Shown in pieces: positions 16,962 through 26,993 of a stretch of 64,000 nt of DNA. The translations under genes and the position numbers were made by a program. This stretch comes from an uncultured Ignavibacterium sp. (lineage in GTDB: Bacteria; Bacteroidota; Ignavibacteria; Ignavibacteriales; Ignavibacteriaceae). A model generated the notes under the pieces. That model saw only the letters and a list, made by a program, of their open reading frames with translations. It was not told the DNA's origin and did no database searches. The number at the start of each line of letters is the position of its first letter. Within the stretch, counting starts at the first letter, position 1. Where the stretch lies: NCBI GenBank assembly GCA_964522885.1, contig CAZFZE010000010.1, forward strand, positions 11,915 to 75,914, read 5' to 3'.

Positions 16962-17964
16962 TAAGAAGAGCCTTAAGTTTTTTAATCACCAATGAAACAT
17001 TTAACTCTGTCATACATTCGTGTTTGTATGGACAAATAAGTTTGTTGCAAACAATACAAAACAAATCCTCTTTAATAATGTAATCAGAATTTGGTGAATA
17101 AGGACCGTGAGCTTTTGGATTTGTTGGTCCAAATATGCCGAGTGTTGGAACTTTTAACGCAGCAGAAATATGCATGGGACCTGAATCATTAGCAATTGCA
17201 ACATTGCATTTAGAAATCAATGCTGCCATTTCATTTACACTTGATTTTGGAGCAAGCAAACAATCATCCTTCAAATTTTCTTTGATAAAATTTGCATCAC
17301 CTTCATCACCTGGACCCCAAAGCACTAAGAATTTACAATTAAAATTTCTAGCAGATTCTTGACATATTTCTACCCATTTATGTTTATCACAACGCTTTGA
17401 ATCCCAGCCACCGGCAGGAATGATTCCAAATACAATTTTGTCCGATAAATTGTTGTTAAAAAAATATTCATCAGCAAAACGCTTATCATTTTCTCCAATA
17501 TAATAATGAATATTTTTAGAAATTATTTTTACTCCCAGTGGTTTCAGCAATTCAAGGTTATGCTCAGCAGAGTGTACTGCACCTTTACTTGAAGTGCCTA
17601 ATATATTATATGCATATTTTCTACCTCTGTATGCGTATCCAACTTTGTACTTAGCTCCTGATAAAAAAGTGATCTGAGCACTTCGTGGATTAGACCAAAG
17701 ATCGATAACCATATCATATTTTTCTTTGCGAAGCCTAAGAGCAACCTTCAAAGAAAATTCTTTACTATGCATCGTAATAATTTTGTTAACTAATGGATTA
17801 TACTTTAAAGCAGGTTTTGCGAAATGTTCAGTTAGGTAATCTATTTTTGCTAAAGGAAAATGATTTGTTAAATTTTCAAAAATGATAGTTGATAAGATTA
17901 TATCTCCAATCCCACGAGGCTTTATACATAAAATTTTTTTTATTTCAGATGGATTGATTTTCAT
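16948..17964 (-). CDS. glycosyltransferase family 9 (LPS heptosyltransferase II-like)
   Basis: ILCIKPRGIGDIILST, ANDSGPMHISAAL, FGPTNP, and a C-terminal CxxC-x4-C-x5-C motif. Confidence 0.8.
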   Translation of the reverse strand: MKINPSEIKKILCIKPRGIGDIILSTIIFENLTNHFPLAKIDYLTEHFAKPALKYNPLVNKIITMHSKEFSLKVALRLRKEKYDMVIDLWSNPRSAQITFLSGAKYKVGYAYRGRKYAYNILGTSSKGAVHSAEHNLELLKPLGVKIISKNIHYYIGENDKRFADEYFFNNNLSDKIVFGIIPAGGWDSKRCDKHKWVEICQESARNFNCKFLVLWGPGDEGDANFIKENLKDDCLLAPKSSVNEMAALISKCNVAIANDSGPMHISAALKVPTLGIFGPTNPKAHGPYSPNSDYIIKEDLFCIVCNKLICPYKHECMTELNVSLVIKKLKALLNEKN

Positions 17965-18051
17965 TCAGGCAAACTCTCATCCCATTGAGAGAATATTTTT
18001 AATCTCAATTTCAATTTTAAAATAAAATTTGAATGTAAACTTAAACTTTTC

Positions 18052-20826
18052 TCAGTGAGCGTCCAACCAATTATCCCCAACGCCGATTTCAACATTTACT
18101 GGTACTTTTAATGGTAATGCATTTTCCATTAATTTTTTTATAACAGGTTTTAGTTTCTCAACTTCACTTTTATGAGCATCAAACACCAATTCATCGTGCA
18201 CCTGTAAAATCATTTTTGTCTTTGTATTTCGTTTAATTAATTCATTTTGGATATTTATCATAGCTAATTTAATCATATCAGCGGCAGTCCCCTGAATAGG
18301 CATATTTATCGCGACCCGTTCTTCAAATTGTCTCACAACTCTGTTTTTACTGTTGATGTTTTTAAGATAACGTCTTCTTTTCATTAATGTTTCAGCGTAA
18401 CCATGTGTTCTTGCAAATTCAACTGAATCATCCATAAAATCTCTGACACGTTTGAAAGTTTTAAAATATGTATCAATGATTTCCTTAGCGTGTGTTTGAG
18501 TTACTCCCAATCTGGTTTTTAATCCAAAAGGACCGATACCATAAAGTATTCCAAAATTAACTTCTTTGGCTTTTCTTCTCATATCAGGAGTTACATCTTC
18601 AGGAGCAACCTGAAAAACTAAAGCCGCTGTGCTTCTATGGATATCTTCTCCTGCATTAAAAGCTTTTATCAAAGTTTCATCTCCACAAATGGAAGCCATT
18701 ATTCTAAGTTCTACCTGACTGTAATCAGCGCTAAGTATTACATAATTTTTATCACGAGGTACAAATGCTTTTCGGATTTCTTTTCCCATTTCTGTTCTGA
18801 TAGGAATGTTTTGAAGATTAGGATCATTGCTGGATAATCTTCCCGTTGATGCTACGGTCTGATTATAGCTTGTATGGACTCTACCGGTTTTTTTATTAAT
18901 TATATTTGGCAAGGCATCAGCATAAGTGGATTTTAATTTGGAGACCTGACGAAAATTTAAGATTAGATCAACGATTTCATGTTCTCCGCGTAAATTTTCC
19001 AAAGCACGTGCATCGGTGGAAAATCCGGTTTTTGTTTTTCTTCCCTTAGCAAGATTAAGTTTTGTAAAAAGTATTTCCTGAAGCTGCTTTGGAGAATTAA
19101 TGTTAAACTCTGTCCCTGCAACCTTAAAGATTTCAGCTGAGTAGTTATCCATCAATATTTGTAAATCTTTACTAAAAGATTTTAGAGCATCGGTGTCAAT
19201 TCTAACACCTTCATACTCCATAGATTCCAGAACGGGAACTAGAGGGAATTCTATATCATACGCAACTTTTTCTACTCCAATCTTTTTTAATTCTGAATCC
19301 AATTTTTCATACAATCGGTAAGTTATATCAGCATCTTCAGCTGAATAATTTGAAAGATCATTTAATGGAACCTCAAATATTTTTGATGGATCTTTTTTTT
19401 CTCCAATCAAATCGGAAAGGGGAATGGGTTTATAATTAAGATACTTTTCTGATAAGTCATCCATTCCATGTTTTTGATCAGGATCAAGAACATAACTTGC
19501 AAGCATTGTATCGAAATAAAAATTATTAACTGAAATTGAAATACTTCTTAAAACTGAAATATCATATTTACCATTCTGGCAGACCTTTTTTATCTGATCA
19601 TTTTCAAATATTTTTTTGAAAAGTTTAATGAATACACTAACAGATAATCGATCTGAAAATTTATCTTTAAATAATTCTTCAGCTTCATCAAATGGATTGA
19701 TTGCAACAAAATAGGCTTCGCCGGGATTGATACAGAAAGAAACTCCCGCAAGTTTTACTTCAAATGTATTTAGACTGTCAGTTTCAGTATCGAATACAAA
19801 CAGTTTTGCTTTTGATAATTTATCAGCAAGTTCTTTAGCTTCCTTTTCGTTTGTAATCAAATGGTACCTAACATTCTTTTTATCAAATGATGACTTTTCT
19901 ATGAAAACAGAATTTTCTTCTGCAACCTTTTCACTTTCAACATTACCTTGATAAAATTTTTGAAGCTTTACAAATAATGATTTAAACTCAAGTTCAAGAA
20001 ATATTTCTTTTAATTTATCAAAATCAGGATGAGAAAATTTTGTCTTCTCAAAATCAATTTTAACCGGTACTTCACAATGAATAGTTGCAAGGTCTTTTGA
20101 CAAGAAAGCCTTTTCCTTACCTTCCTCAAGTTTCTTTTTGATTCCCGCTTTTTCTATTTCATCCAAATGTTTATAAATATTTTCAATCGTACCATATTTT
20201 TGAATTAGTGGAACTGCGCTTTTAGGACCTATTCCAGCAACACCAGGAATATCATCACTTGAATCACCAATCAAAGCAAGATAATCAATCATATATTTTG
20301 GTTCGAAGCCTAATTCATCGATAACCTTTTTCTTATCATACATAATTGCTTCATCTGTTGATTTACCGGGTCTTATAATTTTTGTTTTATCAGTTACCAG
20401 TTGGAAATAATCTTTGTCTGGAGTAATTACAAAAGAAAGTAATCCTAATTTTTCAGCTTGCTTAACAGCAGTACCAACAATATCATCTGCTTCATATCCT
20501 GGTAAAATGTAAAAAGGAATATTGAGAGCATCCACAATGTCTTTAATACGTTGTATTTGTGGAATCATATCATCGGGCATTGCCTGGCGGGATGATTTAT
20601 ACGCTTCGTATTTATCATGTCTAAAAGTTTTTTCTTTAGAATCAAAAGCTACAGCTAGATAATCAGGTCTTTGTTCTTCCAATACTTTAAGCAGTTGTGT
20701 TAGAAATCCGTAAACTGCTGAAGTTGCCTCACCTTTACTATTGCTAAGTGGTCTGTTAATAAAAGCAAAATATGCTTTATAAGCTAATGCAAGTGCATCA
20801 ACGATAACAAATTTTTTATCTTTCAT
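18052..20826 (-). CDS. polA: DNA polymerase I
   Basis: 924 aa with a 5'-nuclease N-terminus, a 3'-5' exonuclease region and pol motifs (DYSQVELR, QVHDELVF). Confidence 0.97.
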   Translation of the reverse strand: MKDKKFVIVDALALAYKAYFAFINRPLSNSKGEATSAVYGFLTQLLKVLEEQRPDYLAVAFDSKEKTFRHDKYEAYKSSRQAMPDDMIPQIQRIKDIVDALNIPFYILPGYEADDIVGTAVKQAEKLGLLSFVITPDKDYFQLVTDKTKIIRPGKSTDEAIMYDKKKVIDELGFEPKYMIDYLALIGDSSDDIPGVAGIGPKSAVPLIQKYGTIENIYKHLDEIEKAGIKKKLEEGKEKAFLSKDLATIHCEVPVKIDFEKTKFSHPDFDKLKEIFLELEFKSLFVKLQKFYQGNVESEKVAEENSVFIEKSSFDKKNVRYHLITNEKEAKELADKLSKAKLFVFDTETDSLNTFEVKLAGVSFCINPGEAYFVAINPFDEAEELFKDKFSDRLSVSVFIKLFKKIFENDQIKKVCQNGKYDISVLRSISISVNNFYFDTMLASYVLDPDQKHGMDDLSEKYLNYKPIPLSDLIGEKKDPSKIFEVPLNDLSNYSAEDADITYRLYEKLDSELKKIGVEKVAYDIEFPLVPVLESMEYEGVRIDTDALKSFSKDLQILMDNYSAEIFKVAGTEFNINSPKQLQEILFTKLNLAKGRKTKTGFSTDARALENLRGEHEIVDLILNFRQVSKLKSTYADALPNIINKKTGRVHTSYNQTVASTGRLSSNDPNLQNIPIRTEMGKEIRKAFVPRDKNYVILSADYSQVELRIMASICGDETLIKAFNAGEDIHRSTAALVFQVAPEDVTPDMRRKAKEVNFGILYGIGPFGLKTRLGVTQTHAKEIIDTYFKTFKRVRDFMDDSVEFARTHGYAETLMKRRRYLKNINSKNRVVRQFEERVAINMPIQGTAADMIKLAMINIQNELIKRNTKTKMILQVHDELVFDAHKSEVEKLKPVIKKLMENALPLKVPVNVEIGVGDNWLDAH

Positions 20827-21053
20827 TATACGCTTTATTAAGATGTTTTTTAATTGGTTTGAAAATAAACATTACATTAATAACTATGAAGAGTTTATTT
20901 AAATAAGTGAGATAGTTCTCAAATGATAATTGTTTTCAAAAAGCAACTGATTATATTTGAACTACATTTTTCAAATAATTTAGAAAGAATCAAAGTATAA
21001 TTAACTTGATAAAAGTATATTAGAAATATCAAGAATTATTATACTTAAATTGT

Positions 21054-22871
21054 ATGCAACAACCAAAATTCGAAAGCTTTAAAGGAATCGTTAAAGCTAT
21101 GGGCATTGTATTTGGGGATATTGGTACAAGTCCGATTTATACTCTGCCAATCATTTTTACACTTACTGCTCCAACCAAAGAAAATATTTATGGTGTACTT
21201 TCTTTAATTGTGTGGACTTTAATTTCATTAGTTACGATTCAATATGCCTGGCTTGCTATGGGATTAAGTATAAGAGGCGAAGGTGGAATTATTGTACTAA
21301 AAGAAATTTTGGTATCAATACTTAAAAAAGGAAGAAGGATTGCAATCGTATCATTTTTAGGATATATCGGTGTTTCATTATTACTTGGAGATGGAGTAAT
21401 AACACCGGCAATCAGTATTCTTTCAGCAGTTGAAGGATTAAGATTAATTCCTGGATTTGCTTCTATCAGCACAAATAATATAATACTTATCACAATTTTG
21501 ATAACAGTTATGTTATTTGCTATTCAGTTTAAGGGAACATCAAAAGTAGCTTCTTCTTTTGGTCCAATTATGTTGATTTGGTTTACAAGTTTGTTCCTTA
21601 GCGGATTTTTTTATTTGATTCACATGCCCAAAATATTTCTCGCATTAAATCCTTTATATGCTATTGAATTTTTTATGCATAATGGTTTTTCCGGATTTTT
21701 TATTTTAAGTGAAGTAATTCTTTGTGCAACCGGAGGTGAAGCCCTTTATGCAGATATGGGACACTTAGGAGCTAAACCAATTAGAGAAGCATGGTCATAT
21801 GTTTTTTTTGCTTTAATAATAAATTACTTTGGACAAGGTGCATATATTATTGAGCATGCTGACACTTCACAAGTATTATTCAAATTAGTGAGCACATTCT
21901 CACATTTTTTCTATGTCCCATTTTTAATTCTTACATTAATAGCAACAATAATTGCATCGCAAGCAATGATAAGTGCTGTTATGTCGCTTGTTTTCCAGGG
22001 GATAAACATTGGTATATTCCCTTTGATGAAAATCAAGTACACTTCAACCGAAATGAGAACTCAGATATATATCCCATTTATCAACTGGTTACTTTTGATG
22101 GCAGTAATTTTTATGATACTGGTTTTCAGAGAATCATCTAATCTGGCAGCAGCTTACGGATTAGCAGTTACAGCAACTATGTTCATTAGTTCGATATTTA
22201 TTGTATCCATACTTTACCATCGAAAACAATTTGGAAAAATGTCCATTGCAAGTGTAGTATTACTTGTAACTCTAACTTACCTTGTAGCCGTTACTCATAA
22301 AATTCCATATGGAGGATATTGGTCGATAGTAATTGCTGTTTGTACTTTGTTAGTGATGGGACTATGGATTACAGGAATGAGCAGAATGAGAAAATATTTG
22401 CGCTCTGTTTCACTTGATATTTTTGTTGAAAGCTTTAAACAGATTTATGAAACCGGAAATTTCATCAAAGGCGAAGCGTTATTTTTTACAAGGAATATTC
22501 AATCAATTTCTCCTTATATTTTGCATTGTATGTTCCGTACAGGAATAATTTATGAAAAAAATATTTTAGTTTCGGTTGAGAATACTGATGAACCATATGG
22601 AATTAAATTAGAGCGATTGGAAGAAATTATTCCCGGTTTGTCAGTCGCAGAAATTAAATATGGATATATGGAGGCACCTGATTTACCAAAACTGTTTAAG
22701 GAATGGGGTTTTAATGAGAAAGCAATTTTCTACGGATCAGAAGAAATCAAAACAAGTAAACCAATACTAAAAATATTTGTTATCCTAAAAAAGATTGCTC
22801 CAAACTGGATTGGGTACTTTGACTTTCCTTATAACAAATTACATGGCGTTGTAACAAGAATTGAAATTTAA
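21054..22871 (+). CDS. kup: KUP/HAK/KT potassium uptake transporter
   Basis: GIVFGDIGTSPIY, GGEALYADMGH, and about 12 TM helices plus a cytosolic C-terminus. Confidence 0.95.
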   Translation: MQQPKFESFKGIVKAMGIVFGDIGTSPIYTLPIIFTLTAPTKENIYGVLSLIVWTLISLVTIQYAWLAMGLSIRGEGGIIVLKEILVSILKKGRRIAIVSFLGYIGVSLLLGDGVITPAISILSAVEGLRLIPGFASISTNNIILITILITVMLFAIQFKGTSKVASSFGPIMLIWFTSLFLSGFFYLIHMPKIFLALNPLYAIEFFMHNGFSGFFILSEVILCATGGEALYADMGHLGAKPIREAWSYVFFALIINYFGQGAYIIEHADTSQVLFKLVSTFSHFFYVPFLILTLIATIIASQAMISAVMSLVFQGINIGIFPLMKIKYTSTEMRTQIYIPFINWLLLMAVIFMILVFRESSNLAAAYGLAVTATMFISSIFIVSILYHRKQFGKMSIASVVLLVTLTYLVAVTHKIPYGGYWSIVIAVCTLLVMGLWITGMSRMRKYLRSVSLDIFVESFKQIYETGNFIKGEALFFTRNIQSISPYILHCMFRTGIIYEKNILVSVENTDEPYGIKLERLEEIIPGLSVAEIKYGYMEAPDLPKLFKEWGFNEKAIFYGSEEIKTSKPILKIFVILKKIAPNWIGYFDFPYNKLHGVVTRIEI

Positions 22872-22896
22872 TCTATCTTAAACTCTAATACATTTT

Positions 22897-23943
22897 ATGA
22901 AAAAAAATCAATTTATTCTGTTTTTATTAATTACTTTACCTTTTATTTCCTGTGCTCAAACTAAAAGTGACACACTTTATGTAGCTCATTGGAATGTGGA
23001 AAATTTGTTCGATACAGTTGATGATCCCAAAACAATTGATGAAGAATTTTTACCACAAAGTGAGAAAGAATGGACTAAGGATAGACTAGATAAGAAACTT
23101 TACAATCTATCTAGAGTTATAAGATCCATGAATAATAATGAGGGGCCGGATATTCTTGGAATGTGTGAAGTGGAACATCAGGCATTAATTGATTCAATGT
23201 TGACAAATTTTCTTTCTGACAAAAATTACGGTGTAGCTTATCTTGAATCACCAGATGAAAGAGGTATTGATAATGGATTAATATTTAAGAAAGACAAATT
23301 TTCTTTGATATCCGTGAAAGGGTTGTATGTAAATATTGGAGCAGGTAATGAGACAAGACTAATTTTATTTTCACAATTATTGTTTGATCAAAAGGACACT
23401 TTAAATGTTTTTGTTAATCACTGGCCATCAAGAAGGGGAGGGCAGGAAAATTCCGAATGGGCAAGAATCATTGCCGCAAAAACTTTAAGACATACTGTCG
23501 ATAGTTTATTTTTTTCAAACAGCAAAAGTAAAATTGTCATTGTTGGTGATTTTAACGACGAACCCAATAATATCTCAATATTAGAAAACCTTAAGGCAGC
23601 ACCATTATTATGTGAATCAACTAATTTTAAAGACCTCATTGAAGATAAAAAAACTGATTTGTTTAATCTTGCTTATCAAAAATATTCCGAGGGTGATGGA
23701 AGTTTTTTCTATCAGAATGACTTTAATATGCTCGATCAAATAATAATTTCTAAAGATTTACTAATTGGAAATGATCTCAGATATAAATGTAATTCATTTG
23801 AAGTTTATAAACCTGAATTTATGGTTACTCATTCTGGAAAATTTAAAGGCGCACCATTCCCAACTTTTGGTGGCAAAAGATATCTTGGCGGTTATAGTGA
23901 TCATTTCCCCGTAATTGCTAAATTTATAATTTCAAAAAATTAG
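22897..23943 (+). CDS. secreted endonuclease/exonuclease/phosphatase (EEP) family protein
   Basis: Signal peptide, then WNVENLFD, VNHWPSR, GDFND and SDHFPV motifs. Confidence 0.8.
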   Translation: MKKNQFILFLLITLPFISCAQTKSDTLYVAHWNVENLFDTVDDPKTIDEEFLPQSEKEWTKDRLDKKLYNLSRVIRSMNNNEGPDILGMCEVEHQALIDSMLTNFLSDKNYGVAYLESPDERGIDNGLIFKKDKFSLISVKGLYVNIGAGNETRLILFSQLLFDQKDTLNVFVNHWPSRRGGQENSEWARIIAAKTLRHTVDSLFFSNSKSKIVIVGDFNDEPNNISILENLKAAPLLCESTNFKDLIEDKKTDLFNLAYQKYSEGDGSFFYQNDFNMLDQIIISKDLLIGNDLRYKCNSFEVYKPEFMVTHSGKFKGAPFPTFGGKRYLGGYSDHFPVIAKFIISKN

Positions 23944-23945
23944 GT

Positions 23946-24627
23946 ATGAAAAAAATATTATTAATATTTGGATCCGAGGGTGCACTAGGTAAAGGAATTA
24001 CCGAAGTGTTAACATCAAAAAATTTTGATGAGATATTTCTTTTTGATTCTAAATATCAGTCATATCATTCAGATTCAAGAATTAAAAAAGTATCGATAAA
24101 AGATCTTAGCAATGATGAAAATGTTCAAACAGCTTTTAATCAAATACAAGAAGAAAACAATGCAATTTATTTTTTAGCATCAACTATTGGTGGTTATTTT
24201 GGTGGGAAAGAAATAGCAGAAACAGATGAAAAAGATTTTGAAAGAATGTTCAATATTAATCTTAAAGCAAATTACTTCATTTTAAAACGATTTATGAAAT
24301 TGATAAAAACTTCCAATGGCGGATCTGCCTGTTTTATTTCTGCATTAACATCAATTTATCCTGAGTCGCAAAAATTTGCTTATGGAGCTTCAAAATCTGC
24401 ATTTGATTAAAGTTGCTTCTTCGGAAGGAGTAAAAATAAATTTGTCGGTCAACTCAATAGCTCCTTATGTAATTGATACACCTGCAAACAGAGAATGGGG
24501 AAAAGCAGAAGATTATGAGAGTTGGGTTAAACCGGAAGAAATCGGTGAATTAATTAATTCATTATTTGAAAATTATAATTTTATTTCAGGTAACATAATT
24601 GAAATAAATCATAGATTTAAAAGATAA
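23946..24627 (+). pseudogene. SDR-family oxidoreductase interrupted by a 1-nt frameshift
   Basis: ORF 23946-24410 ends just after the catalytic YGASKSA. ORF 24376-24627 continues in the next frame with LIKVASSEGVKINLSVNSIAPYVIDTPAN. Removing one T from TTT (24402-24404) joins them. Confidence 0.75.
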
Positions 24628-24667
24628 AAACCTGTATTTAACTTACTAAATACACCTAACATTATTA

Positions 24668-24696
24668 TTGACTTTGTTTTTTGAAATACTTATTGT
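24668..24696 (+). promoter_or_regulatory. sigma70-like promoter for the exbB operon
   Basis: TTGACT (24668-24673), 17 nt, TATTGT (24691-24696), about 85 nt upstream of the ATG. Confidence 0.4.
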
Positions 24697-24780
24697 AGAA
24701 GCACATTTTTAAGAAAATTATTTATCATTTTCTTTAATTAGGATTAAATATATTATATCATATCAGGAGGTTACCCTATT

Positions 24781-25476
24781 ATGGATTTCATAACAACAAT
24801 CGCATCGTTTTTTAATGTTATTGCTCAAGCAACACAGGATAGCGGTGTACTGAATTGGCTTAGTGAAAAATATACAGCTGGTGGATTTTTTATGCACCCA
24901 ATTCTTGCTTCTTTAATTATTGGATTGGGATTTTCATTTGAAAGATTGTGGACTCTTACAAGAGCAAGAACTAACACTAAAAAGTTCATTTTAGATGTTA
25001 AAAAAGCTCTGAACAACGGTGGTATTGAAGCAGCTAAAAAAGTTTGCGAAAATACAAGAGGTCCAGTTGCTTCTGTTTTCTATGCTGGTTTATTAAGAGC
25101 TGACGAAGGTTTGGATGCAGCTGAAAAAGCTATTTCTGCTTATGGTGGAATTGAAATGGGATTTTTGGAAAGAGGTCTTATTTGGATATCAACATTTATT
25201 ACTTTAGCTCCGATGCTTGGATTTACCGGAACTGTACAAGGTATGATTCAGGCTTTTGATGCTATTAAAGAAGCTGCACAGATTTCACCGGCAATCGTTG
25301 CAAGCGGTATTGCAGTTGCTCTTTTAACAACACTTTTTGGATTGGTTGTTGCTATGATCCTCCAGGTATTCTACAATTATTTTATTTCAAGAATTGATAG
25401 ATTAGTTGGAGATATGGAACAGAGTTCAATCGAATTGATCGATGCATTATATGAATTGAAAACTTCTAAAAAGTAA
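24781..25476 (+). CDS. exbB: MotA/TolQ/ExbB proton channel protein
   Basis: Three TM helices and the conserved C-terminal LTTLFGLVVA pattern. Confidence 0.9.
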   Translation: MDFITTIASFFNVIAQATQDSGVLNWLSEKYTAGGFFMHPILASLIIGLGFSFERLWTLTRARTNTKKFILDVKKALNNGGIEAAKKVCENTRGPVASVFYAGLLRADEGLDAAEKAISAYGGIEMGFLERGLIWISTFITLAPMLGFTGTVQGMIQAFDAIKEAAQISPAIVASGIAVALLTTLFGLVVAMILQVFYNYFISRIDRLVGDMEQSSIELIDALYELKTSKK

Positions 25477-25498
25477 TAAAACCATTTAAGGAATTCTG

Positions 25499-26032
25499 AT
25501 GATTAAGTCAAAAAAAATCCGAGAGGCTGAAATTCCAACTGCATCGCAGGCAGATTTGGCGTTTCTTTTACTCGTATTCTTTCTGGTTACGACAACTATT
25601 GATATCGATACTGGCTTAGGTCTAACATTACCCGAATACGTTCCACCAGATCAACAAGTGGAAGTAAAGATTGATCCAAATAGAATGGCGGCTGTTTTGG
25701 TTAATGAAAATGGTGAAGTGCTTATAGACGGAAATATTGTTCCTGTTTATCAGATCAAAGATTTATTAAAAGCCAGAATCGCTTCCAAAAACGATTTGCC
25801 TGCTAATAAAAAGATGATAGTCTCACTTAAGACTGATAGGAAAACAGTCTATAATGTTTATATACAAGCCCTGGATCAGATAAAACTCGCATTCTTTGAG
25901 GTGAGAGATGAATATTCTAACGCCAAGTTTGGTAAAAAGTTTAATGATCTCGATCAGGAACAACAGAAAGTTGTTAAAGATGCCGTTCCGATTATTATCT
26001 CAATAGCTGAACCAGAATCTATAAAAAAATAG
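25499..26032 (+). CDS. exbD: ExbD/TolR family protein
   Basis: N-terminal anchor with conserved acidic residue (QADLAFLLLVFFLVT), followed by a periplasmic domain. Confidence 0.85.
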   Translation: MIKSKKIREAEIPTASQADLAFLLLVFFLVTTTIDIDTGLGLTLPEYVPPDQQVEVKIDPNRMAAVLVNENGEVLIDGNIVPVYQIKDLLKARIASKNDLPANKKMIVSLKTDRKTVYNVYIQALDQIKLAFFEVRDEYSNAKFGKKFNDLDQEQQKVVKDAVPIIISIAEPESIKK

Positions 26033-26046
26033 TTAAAGGTTAAAAA

Positions 26047-26460
26047 ATGAAATTTGAAAAAAGACGCGCTAAGACAAAACAGGAAATTCCGACTACTTCT
26101 ATGCCTGACGTTGTCTTCATGTTGCTTATGTTTTTTATGACAATAACTACTATGAGAGAAACCGATGTTTTAGTAAGCTTTAAGTTACCTGAAGCTAAAG
26201 CAATTGAGAAGATAGAAAACAAAAGATTAGTCTCTTATATTTGGGTTGGAAAAGATAAAAGAATACAGATTAATGATTCAATTGTTAAACTTGCTGATGT
26301 TCAGAATATAATGTACGCCAAAAGACAAACTCTTCCTGAAATTATTGTTTCGCTAAGAGCTGATCAAAGTATAGATATGGGATTGATTACAGATATTCAG
26401 CAATCTCTTCGTAAAGCGTACTGTTTGAGAATTAATTACTCAGCTATGGTCAAAGTTTAG
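26047..26460 (+). CDS. exbD: ExbD/TolR family protein (second copy)
   Basis: TSMPDVVFMLLMFFM anchor and typical ExbD length. Confidence 0.85.
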   Translation: MKFEKRRAKTKQEIPTTSMPDVVFMLLMFFMTITTMRETDVLVSFKLPEAKAIEKIENKRLVSYIWVGKDKRIQINDSIVKLADVQNIMYAKRQTLPEIIVSLRADQSIDMGLITDIQQSLRKAYCLRINYSAMVKV

Positions 26461-26484
26461 GTTTAGAAAAATAAATCTTTTGTA

Positions 26485-26522
26485 AAAGGCAGGTTTGAAT
26501 TATTTTTCACCTGCCTTTTTCA
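26485..26522 (+). terminator. Rho-independent terminator after exbB-exbD-exbD
   Basis: AAAGGCAGGT (26485-26494) pairs with ACCTGCCTTT (26508-26517) and is followed by a T run. Confidence 0.8.
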
Positions 26523-26540
26523 ATTTTATAAGGAACAAAA

Positions 26541-26993
26541 ATGAACCTTAAAGAAAAAATAAATCAAGATCTTAAAGATGCAATGAAATCCGGAGATAAA
26601 ACCAGATTGGCTGTCGTCAGATCTATTAGAGCATTGATTTTGGAATTTGAAAAAAGTGGTGCTGCTAAAGAATTATCTCCTGAAGATGAAGTAAAAATGT
26701 TAAGCTCTGCTGCAAAAAAACGGAAGGACTCAATCGAACAGTTTCGTAATGCAGGTAGAAATGATTTAGTTGAAGCAGAAGAAGCGGAACTAAAAATTTT
26801 AATGAGTTATTTACCAAAGCAACTTGACGAAAATGAAATTAAAGCTGAAGTTGAAAAGTTAGCTTTACAGATAGGTGCAAAAAATAAAGAAGATTTTTCC
26901 AAGTTAATGCCGTTAGTGATGAAAGAATTGAAGGGTAAAGCGGATGGTAAGTTGGTTAAATCAATTGTAGAAAATTATCTGGCAATAAATTGA
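26541..26993 (+). CDS. GatB/YqeY domain protein
   Basis: 150 aa with K..I..DLK.AMKSGDK.R..V.R pattern. Confidence 0.85.
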   Translation: MNLKEKINQDLKDAMKSGDKTRLAVVRSIRALILEFEKSGAAKELSPEDEVKMLSSAAKKRKDSIEQFRNAGRNDLVEAEEAELKILMSYLPKQLDENEIKAEVEKLALQIGAKNKEDFSKLMPLVMKELKGKADGKLVKSIVENYLAIN

